Part shown: positions 54,111 to 64,000 of the stretch, piece after piece
Layout: each line of letters begins with the position of its first letter
How positions within the stretch are numbered: position 1 is the stretch's first letter
Origin: the human T2T-CHM13v2.0 reference genome, Homo sapiens
Assembly: GCF_009914755.1 (NCBI RefSeq)
Contig: NC_060940.1
Direction: 5' to 3' (one strand)
DNA length: 64,000 nt
Made by a program: the position numbers and the translations under genes
The notes under the pieces: generated by a model
What the model saw: the letters and a program-made list of their open reading frames with translations, nothing else
Database searches by the model: none
What the model was told of the DNA's origin: nothing

Positions 54111-54847
54111 AAAAAAAGTTCTGGAACTAATTCTTGTTGTAAGATTAATGAGTTCAAAATAGATATTGATTCCACATGTTCCCTGACACCTGCAAGAAAT
54201 AAAGAAAAAAGAAAGCTTTCCTGAGCTCACTCCACTTCTGCCATTAGACTTCTCTTCCCAAGTCTGTATGTTGTCTTTGTGGTGGTTGAAGGTCCCTTAT
54301 CAAGCACCTCACTGGGTCACATACCCAGGGCTCCTCAGAATGGTATTTTATATAGATTTCGTACACTGTACATCATTTGAAACAAAAGTTTCCCCTTTCC
54401 TGACATCGCCCCACACCTCTCTACTCTTTTCTGTCTTTACCATCCTCATCTTATTTTAGGTGCTTATTTTCCTTATATTATGATCAGCTCCTTTTCACAA
54501 AGCATGGGAAATCAACCTGAGTTCTCTCTTTTTCACTTACAACAGCTCCTATCATGCCTGCGACTACCCCTTGTGTTCTTCCCTAAAATTAAATTTAAAT
54601 GATAAAAGACAGAGACTCATAACAGGAAATTATAAAAACTGAAAAAATAAAGATCACTGTCTTAACCATCACTTTAATGTATTCTCAACAGTTAAGCATT
54701 ATTTCTCGTTCATAACATTTATCATAGAATAAAATATATATGACTGATAAAAACTGGAAAATCCACACGGTTCACTTCTTTGTTTCTCACTCTCTCTTTT
54801 CCTTCTGTCTAAACACATATATACTGTATATATACTAATAATACATA

Positions 54848-55132
54848 TTTTTTGAGGCAGTCTCACTCTGTTGCCCAGGCTGGAGTGCAGTGGTACCATC
54901 TTGGCTCACTGCAACCACTGCCTCCTGGTCTCAAGCGATCCTCCTGCCTCAGCTCCTGAGTAGCTGGGACCACAGACATGCACCATCATGCCCAGTTAAT
55001 TTTTGTATTTTTTGTAGAGACGGGGATTCACCATGTTGTCCAAGCTGGTCCCTAACTCCTGACCTCAAGCGATCCACCTGCGTCAGCCTGCCAAAGTGCT
55101 GGGATTATAGGCGTGACCCACTGCACCTGGCC
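54848..55132 (-). mobile_element. Alu (AluJb-like)
   Basis: Full Alu; ctaataa present on both flanks. Confidence 0.96.
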
Positions 55133-55216
55133 CTAATAACATTATATATAATATATAGTATATAATACACAATACGTATGTTTTATATGCTATAAAAATA
55201 AAACCTAGTCACATAC

Positions 55217-55700
55217 ATGTAGTGTTGTATCTATGATACTTTTAGTTAGATGCCTACTAAAGAGCCATTTCTCCTTTTCTTTTGCTAACAGAACTTCTGC
55301 TATTTTCTTAAGTAGCAATGTGCCCAATTGCAGGAGACAAATGGTGAGTCATCCAAGCCCAGAACATAATCCGATTACCCTTTGTTAAAAACTAGCTTTC
55401 TTTTGTAGTCCAGGGTGGCCATAGGTTCTTATTCTTGCCAGTGTGATATAATAAAGTCTTCTGGGGAACTTCTGGGGAGGTTTTGGTCTTCCTGATAAAA
55501 TTAGACTTTTTTCCTTACCCCTTTTCTGCCTTTGCAGTAAGGAGGTGATGCCCAGAGCTATGGCAGCTGTCTTGTAACCATGAGGTAAATACCTGAAGGA
55601 AAAGCCAATAGTAGTAGATGGATGGCAGAGCAGAGACTTGAAATCAAGACTGAGTCTTTGATGATGTCGTGGAGTCAATGAACCACTCCAGTCTTCTCAC
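55217..55700 (+). mobile_element. Old ERVL/MaLR LTR (MLT1K/L- or LTR16-like)
   Basis: cttttctttgctaacagaac-like start, gaggtgatgcccagagctatggcagctgtcttgtaaccatgagg, gagtctttgatga. Confidence 0.6.
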
Positions 55701-55974
55701 TTGCAATTGAATATATCCCAGTCACACAGTAGTCTACCTTTATTTTCTATAACCCTACTTTTCCCCCTGTAAACTATGAACGTTTTTTAAGATCATTTAG
55801 AGCTATTCAGTTTGATCCTGATTTTTACCCCGTCTCCATGCACTAGCTGAATATTTCCAATCCCACGCATATCCATATGCTTCTCCTTACCTATCTTAGC
55901 TCGTTTAATATCACCCACACTTCAAGGCCCATTTTTTTTAAATTATTTTTTTGGGGGGGTAGGGGAGAGAGTGT

Positions 55975-56425
55975 GCGTTTTAGATTATATTCCTTAAAAG
56001 AAGAACCTGAGGCAGGGATTGGGGTATATGTTAGTTAATGAGGAAACCCTCCTCAGGAAAAATCTGAAAGGGAGCGAAGGAAGCAGAATTGGCAAAAAGG
56101 AGGAGTTGAGCGATAATATGGTCTTGGATAACATTCAGGCTTGGCCTGATTTCACGTGGAGGGCTCTGGAGTATAAGTGGTTCCACCTGGAGCTGTCCTG
56201 TCTCAAGGCAAGAAAAACCTGCTCTGTGCTCTGTGTTAGCCAATCATTGGCCATCCTCAGAGGTAGGCGTGGCACGGCGATAACCGTGATCTGATTCTTC
56301 CAGGCATCTCCAGCTGAGACAGTGCTCTAGCGATGGTCACAGGTATAAGCTGTTAGCTAGAGCAATTTCAGCAGTTGGGAGGTGAGCATATCAACCCACA
56401 AGGTTGTCTGAGAGGGACAACAACT
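55975..56425 (-). mobile_element. Probable ancient ERVL-class LTR (subfamily uncertain)
   Basis: The gaagaacctgaggcagggatt start resembles reverse ERVL LTR ends; a similar start occurs at 48365. Confidence 0.4.
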
Positions 56426-57394
56426 TCTGCTGTTAGTTTACTTTTGGGTATAAACGTGAACTTTGAGGAAAGAGTTAAATTCAATTAAAAACAAATTCGT
56501 TGAATGTCTACTATGTGCAAAACAATATGTTGTGGCAAAAGGGGGACGCAATGTGAAAGATCTGTTGCCCTCGAGAAGAAACGACCCTGCATATCAGCAA
56601 GGTATCTTTTCCTGAAGCCGGTCTTCATTAACAGGCTTGGTAAGTTGTGATTTTCTATGAAGCTTGTTCCTCTCTGCACTGCCCTATTCCTATAAAGATT
56701 GGCAAATACATTTTAAAATACATACTTTAAAATTAGATGTAGGTAAATTCTCTCCAAGATTATTTCTCCTGCTTGAAACTCATTGTGAATATAAAAGAGC
56801 TGACTTCAGAAGTTTAGACCCTTTCCACTTATGTAGAAAGGAAAACATTGTATACAACAGCTAAAGGAAAGTTGAAATTAAGCACAAATATTCGAGACCT
56901 TGATTTGGTTGGCCTTTGGCATTAGAATTACAAAAACTGTAATAAGGAATCCTGTGTTTCTAGTGGTCAACATTTGCAGATATGGGTATTAAATGGAAAA
57001 CAAATTATGTTTTCAGGCTTTATGAAATATAGTTTGACTTCTCAACTTTACTGAAAATGAAACCCCTGCTATTGCATTATTTTATTCATCAAGAGATGTA
57101 TAATAAAAAGGTGTTCTAAAGAAACAAAATGCCCACTTTTGTAAACATAGTAAAAATATAATTCATAAAGAGAAGTATATTTAGAGTTCTCTTGACAGAG
57201 GAATTTTTATTTGAAACAGACCTTTTAATTTCTTTAGGATGTGTTGATAACTACTGCACTCAGAAAAATACCTAAATCAGGGGATTAGAGGATTATTCTG
57301 ATTGCCGAACAGAGATGACCACAATCAGATTTAATTATCTCCTTTTCACCAAGGAAATGAAGTGGGACTATCCTTGCTATTTCTATTCCTATTT

Positions 57395-57496
57395 CTTTTT
57401 TCTTATATACTTTAAGTTCTGGCGTACACGTGCAGAAGGTGCAATTTTGTTACATAGGTGTACGTGTGCCATAGTGGTTTGTTGCACCCATCAACC
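57395..57496 (-). mobile_element. Short L1PA 3' end
   Basis: tatactttaagttctggcgtacacgtgcagaa...gttacatagg...gcacccatcaaccc. Confidence 0.88.
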
Positions 57497-57499
57497 CCT

Positions 57500-57698
57500 A
57501 TTTTTTTTTAATCTCCATCAGTTTTTGGGGAACAGGTGGTATTGGGTTACATGAGTGAGTTCTTTAGTGGTAATTTTGAGATTTTGGTGCACCCATCACC
57601 TGAGCAGTATATACTGCACCCAATTTGTAGTATTTTACCCCTCACCCACTTCCCATCCTTTCCCCCTGAGTCCCCAAAGTCCATTGTGTCATTCTTAT
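57500..57698 (-). mobile_element. L1PB 3' end
   Basis: tttttggggaacaggtggt...gagattttggtgcacccatcacctgagcagt...gagtccccaaagtccattgt. Confidence 0.88.
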
Positions 57699-57789
57699 AT
57701 CAAGGCCCATCTTAAACATCACCTCTTCCCTTAAGTTATCTTTGGCTCTTCCATCCAAGTACAAAGCCATGCTTCCAACTCTATCTAAT

Positions 57790-58695
<906 letters not shown>

Positions 58696-58739
58696 CCCAG
58701 CTCTTTTTTATACCTCTTTCACGACATTCCTTAAGAGTC

Positions 58740-58912
58740 CTGATTTGTAAAATGGTCCACTAGTAGCAGCTATCACACAGGACTGGTGTAAACATTAAAT
58801 AGACATCTGCCACATGTAAGTACTAGTTATGTGGTATTACATTCGATATTATATGTGAAGTAACTAGCTCAGTACTTGACTCATAGTAGGTACATAAGAA
58901 ACAGTCGTTATT
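58740..58912 (+). mobile_element. MIR fragment
   Basis: atttgtaaaatgg...cagtacttgactcatagtagg. Confidence 0.55.
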
Positions 58913-58947
58913 TTTCCTGCCTTTTTTTGATGAATGCTGACAACACT

Positions 58948-59160
58948 TTATTTATTTGCTTGTTTTTTTTTTTTAATTTTAAGTTCCAGAATACATGTGC
59001 AGGATATGCAGGTTTGTTACATAGGTAAATGTGTGCCATGATGGTTTGCTGCAGCTATCAAGCCATCACCTTGGAATTAAGCCTTGCATCCATCAGCTAT
59101 TTATCCTGATGCTCTCCCCCTCCCCAGCCCTCTGACAGGCTCCAGTGTGTGTTGTTTCCC
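58948..59160 (-). mobile_element. L1PA 3' end fragment
   Basis: ttttaagttccagaatacatgtgcaggatatgcaggtttgttacataggtaa...cagtgtgtgttgtttccc. Confidence 0.9.
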
Positions 59161-59884
59161 CAAAGGAAAAATTTACCAGCCACTGCAATGTCTTACCTTC
59201 TTTTGATATAATCAAGACTTGGTAACCTACCTATCTTTTTATCCTACTGGGAGACCTTATAGTTATAACTGGGTTGCACAATAGTATAAGATGGTTCTTA
59301 AATTGGATAGGGCTCTTTGATATGGTGCGTTATTTACCCCAAGTATTAGAATAATGTGGTGCTGAGCCAAAGGCTCTTTTTGGCAGCCCAGATTCAAGCT
59401 TTAATTCAGGCTATTTCAGCACTTCTCAGTGGATCACTTGTACCTCCAAATGCATTTGCTCTGACAGATCCTATACTGGAAAAATCACCCTGACCTACCA
59501 GGCTAGACTGTAAGCTCAATGAAGGTAGGCCATAGCTGTTTCTCATGGTGTCTTCGGGTCCCAACACAGTGCAGGTATTCAATAAACAACTGACAAAAAG
59601 ATAGATGTGTAACTTGGCTCTAGATACTAATACAGACCATCATTATCCTAAATGCTGTTTTTTCTCCATGAAAAAGACCCTGATATCCAAACAGCGCCTT
59701 TGCACGAAGGCCTTAAATATCAGAACTGTGTTAATTCAATCAAGGAAAGATCTGCCAGATATTCACAGTTGGCTTCTACCACTTGCCTCTCAGCCTTCAG
59801 TCTCACTCTCTCTCAGTCTATCACAGCATTGCCAGAGATATTTCTCTAACACCTAAATTGGAGAGATTTCCCCTTGATACAAAC

Positions 59885-59952
59885 CAGAGTTTCTCAACCT
59901 CAGCACTGTTGAGATTCAGGGCCAGATAATTCTTTGTTGTGGAGGCTGTCCT
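59885..59952 (+). mobile_element. MER20 5' fragment truncated by L1
   Basis: tttctcaacctcagcactgttgagattcagggccagataattctttgttgtggaggctgtcct. Confidence 0.8.
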
Positions 59953-60307
59953 CTTCACAATGGGCAAGATATGAAGTCAGTCTAAGTGTCATTTATCAAT
60001 GGATAAATGGATAAAGAAAATGTTTTGTATATATCTACAATGGAATTAAAAAGAAGAAAAACCTGCCATTTGCAACAATGTGGATCAATTCACCGGCTAT
60101 TATGCTAAATGAAATAGGCCAGGCACAGAACAATAAATACTGCATGATCTCACTTATATGTGAAATCTTTGAAAATTGAACTCATAGAAGCAGAGAATAG
60201 AATGGTGATTGCCAGGATCTGAGGATGGGTAAAATGAGAAAACAAAGTTTTTGCAAGGCAGGATTAATATGTCCTGAAGATCTAATGCACAGCATGGTAA
60301 CGATGGC

Positions 60308-60742
60308 TGCAAAAGTTCTTCTTAGGTCTGGTCTGGTGAGACAGAACACTTGCACAAGAAGTCAGGAAAAGCAAAGGTATAGCACATAGGCAGGAAAGAT
60401 AAACGGGAGCCTAGGCTCAATGGCGAGCCACTCCCTCAAGGTTCAAGAAAGCAGCCCAGGACAGATGGACTCTAGTCTGCTTGGGCCCACTGCAGCTGAG
60501 GGACCCTGAAAGCATTTCACTCCAGGTTCTACACCCTGTGTACCACTTGGCTTGCTGTGTTCAAGCATTGCAGAATCCCCTGTTCTCAAAGGAAGGTAGA
60601 AAGACCGGATTGTTCTGGACACTTCCTTAACATCTCAGGAGGTTGCATTTTCTCGATACATTCTACAGTTATTTTGTGAACTGCAAGCAGAAGGAGGGAG
60701 AGCTGGGGCAGTCAAGGCCATGCAGGGACCTGACCTCCTACA
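60308..60742 (-). mobile_element. Probable LTR inserted in L1 (ERVL, MER73/MER74-like)
   Basis: 435-bp TG...CA block that interrupts colinear L1 sequence. Confidence 0.6.
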
Positions 60743-60926
60743 ACTGTCAGTAATATTGTACTGTAGAGTTGAAATTTGCTAAGGGAATAGATCTTAAATG
60801 TCATCACCACACCAAAAGAGGTAACTGTGTGAGGTGATAGGTTAATTAGCTTCACCCTGATTGTGATAATCATTTTCTAATATATAGGTATATCAAAACA
60901 TCACATTGTACTCCTTAACTATATAC

Positions 60927-61216
60927 TTTTTTTGAGACAGGTTTTCACTTTGTCAGCCAGGCTGGAGTGTAGTGGCACAGTCGTGACTCACTGAAGCCTC
61001 AGCTTCCCAGGCTGAAGTGATCCTCCCACCTCAGCCTCCTGAGTAGCTGAGAGTACAGGCATGTGCCACCACCCAAGGCTAATTTTTAAATTTTTTTTTA
61101 TACGCAGGGTTTTGCCATCTTGCCCACGCTGGTCTAGAACTCCTGGGCTCACACAGTCTGCCTGCCTTGGCATCCCAAAGTGCTGGGCTTACAGGAGTGA
61201 GCCACTGTGCCCAGCC
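60927..61216 (-). mobile_element. Alu (AluJ-like)
   Basis: TSD aactatatac at 60917-60926 and 61218-61227. Confidence 0.96.
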
Positions 61217-61591
61217 CAACTATATACAATCTTTGTCAATTGTACCTTGTGAAGTTGGGGAGCAAATGAGGCTGCATACCAGCTTGTCTCAAAGTAAGAT
61301 CTCTGTATCAGACTCAGGGTCCTATTCCAGGTCTAGGAAACAGGGCACCGGGTTTTCATATATTTTCAAGAACCTCAAGTATTTCCAACATAAATTCAAG
61401 TTTTAAAATGTATTGGCTTTTAAAAATATGAGGTCTTGCTATTTCTGGAATGTCACAGGACAGCCAAGGTTTTTTTTTTGAGAAAAATGAAGCAAGACTG
61501 GGCATTCCCTAGAAGCTTCTGAATGTGAGAATGCAGTGAGAAGGGCTCCAACTGTGAGCGTCATCAGTTTCTTCATCTGTAAAATGAACTA

Positions 61592-61955
<364 letters not shown>

Positions 61956-62274
61956 CTAAGAACTCAGCTGACCTTAGTCAGTGTCAGTTGTCTGATTAGG
62001 GAGCATCATTTCCTAATGCTACTAAGAGAACACAGGACCCTGCTAAAAGACAGAAAACAGTTTGGCTGCAGATGGGGAGAACCGAGACAATGCTCTTTTT
62101 GCAAACCTAGAGGCAACCACCCTGAATTATAGCAAACTACATTTCTCCAGCACACCAGACCGAAAGCCTCATTGTCCTTCGCTATTTGAACCTCAGTGAG
62201 ATAAGAGGCTGCTTTTTCAGCTGTCCAATATGTCTCTCGCCATCACATGCAGATTTAGCTTCTTTTGTAAGAGC

Positions 62275-62405
62275 AGCGGAAGCTCTGAGAGCAAGGGTTT
62301 CTGTGCCTTGTTCACTGCTGTATCTCCCGTTTCTAGAATAATGCCTGGAAGAGAGTATGAGCTCAATCCGTATTTGTGGAGGGAATATGTGAGTGAATGG
62401 ATGGT
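62275..62405 (+). mobile_element. L2 3' end
   Basis: cttgttcactgctgtatctcccgtttctagaataatgcctgg...gtgaatggatgg. Confidence 0.75.
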
Positions 62406-62835
62406 GTATTCAGGGATACTTTCCTCCCATATTCTTGTGCCTCCCTCTCAGAGTAGAACTGGTTGGTCAGGACATAAAACTGAATGAGTTACACCTAATG
62501 TCTGCTATGTTTGGGAAGAGAATGATGGTGAAGGAATTGGTCTCACTTCGTTTTCATGAACCTAGAATGCAGGTACCAAAAGGAAAAGGGATCACGAAAA
62601 GACATAAAGGAAAGTGTAAGTCTAAGCATGTTAAATGTTCAATCTCTTACAAAGAATAAACAGCAAAGCTCAGGTGAGGACTCCAGCCAATTGTGCAGGA
62701 CAGAATCATCAAACAGCTGCTTCTTGCTGGAACCTGCACTGTTACAGGGGGCCTCAGTCTCTCGGTAGTTGTCTTCTTCTTTTTCTAATTGTCCCCCTAG
62801 ACTGCAAGGACTTTGAGAAAAGTTCTGAATTTTTC

Positions 62836-63100
62836 AAGGGGAAAAAAAAATTTAAAAAGCGGGAAGGAAACATGGCGAAAAAGAGACAGAGAAAGAGACA
62901 CAGAGAGAAAGACAAAAAGAGACAAGCAAAGAAGGGGAGAGATAGCAAAAGAGAAAAAAAAATTTTTAAAGAGAAAGAAAATGAAGGCAAGAAAGGGAAA
63001 AAGAAAGACGAAAAGTAAAAAATAGGCAAGAAAGAATGAAATAAAGCTGGAGAGAGAAGGCAAGAAAGAGAAAAAGAAAAAGAGAACAACAACAGCAAAG
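62836..63100 (+). repeat. GA-rich low-complexity region
   Basis: Almost purely A/G on the + strand. Confidence 0.9.
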
Positions 63101-63739
63101 ATTGCCAGGGATCTGAGCATAGAGGGAAAGTAGCAGCAGGGGGATCACAAGCCCCAAACCATCTCTGTTTTATTTTCTTTCTTTCCTGCCTCTGCCCTCA
63201 CCATCTCCGGCCTGCATTTTTCAGCACTTCATTCTACTCAGCCTCTTGCAAAGCCCAAAGGGTGCAAGACCACAGTGTCAGGAAGAGGCTTTTTTTTTTT
63301 TTTTCCCCCTTTCCAGTCTTGGCGTAGAGCCTCCGGTGAACATGTCATGGATGGAGGCCAGACACTGTCTCACAAACAACTCGCAGAAGCAAGCCGGGGC
63401 CCGCCAATAGGCTCACAGCTTCCTCCCCTGCATGGCTTTGGTGTCAAACGAATCGTTCCTAGGACTTCATGTAGCGTGTGCTGTTTTATGTCCCCAGCAT
63501 ACACCCACAGGCTCTAAATCCAGGCACTGTCTTATTGATGGCTAGGCCTGGAGAAGGGCTTCCCCCAGGGATAGTGTGAACGCCAACATTTGGCAGAGTA
63601 GGAAGGAAGACTGGAGAAGGCCATCGGGATTGCTTCTTCTGCCATAAAAATATTTACAGAGCTGGTAGATTGCAGTGGGTAAGGCTGGAGGCTCCAGGAG
63701 GCCTTCATTTAAATCCTTATGCTGACGTTGTCCAGCCAT

Positions 63740-63850
63740 GCACAGTATTGCACAAGTTATTTGACTATCTGTGCGTCAGTTTCCCCAACAGACAAATGAG
63801 GATACTTATAGTACTAAATTTATTGGAGTTCTTTTGAGCATTAAATAAAA
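63740..63850 (+). mobile_element. MIR fragment
   Basis: caagttatttgactatctgtgcgtcagtttccccaacagacaaatgagga. Confidence 0.7.
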
Positions 63851-63854
63851 CTGG

Positions 63855-64000
63855 TCGTTCATTTAACATATATTTATTGAGCAGTTACTGTTGCCTTGGG
63901 ATATTCCTCTTAGAGCTCACTCGGGGGAGATTCTAATAAAAGTAATAATAAAACAAACATCCCACGGAAGTTGCTGAGCAGAGTATCTGGTGCATCATAG
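63855..64000 (-). mobile_element. L2 3' fragment
   Basis: ttcatttaacatatatttattgagcagttact. Confidence 0.6.

Larger units (their letters stand above)
59953..61258 (+). mobile_element. L1MA/MB-like 3' end, split by an LTR and an Alu
   Basis: ggataaagaaaatg, aaatactgcatgatctcacttatatgtg, gatctaatgcacagcatggt, gaaatttgctaagggaatagatcttaaatg. Confidence 0.88.

Noticed and set aside
62635-63157. Lys/Arg-rich and Phe/Leu/Ser-rich ORFs
   Set aside because: Artefacts of GA-rich low-complexity DNA, which lacks stop codons.

Overview
This is primate (human-like) non-coding genomic DNA. I cannot recognise any protein-coding gene, tRNA, rRNA or CRISPR array, and I cannot name the locus. The supplied ORFs are explained by Alu, L1, LTR or low-complexity sequence, or by chance. 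A large part of the window is transposon-derived: 13 Alus (many with visible target-site duplications, TSDs), several L1 fragments (one with a recognisable ORF2 reverse transcriptase remnant), L2 and MIR relics, MaLR LTRs (MLT1, MST, THE1) and hAT MITEs (MER5, MER20, MER58). Repeat subfamily calls are made by eye from remembered consensus sequences, and boundaries of old repeats are approximate. The most unusual directly visible structure is a set of local copy events. (i) At 14516-14878, telomere-like (TAACCC)2.5 is followed by a truncated second copy of a nearby MST LTR and then a 35-bp-stem fold-back hairpin. (ii) A 55-bp templated insertion inside an L1 is copied from 868 bp upstream. (iii) Three direct-repeat pairs have offsets near 1.05 kb. 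(iv) There are 158-bp and 57-bp tandem duplications. Several apparently repeat-free, CpG-retaining, motif-rich segments are candidate enhancers, and there is one candidate CTCF site. I found no convincing evidence of a new gene system.
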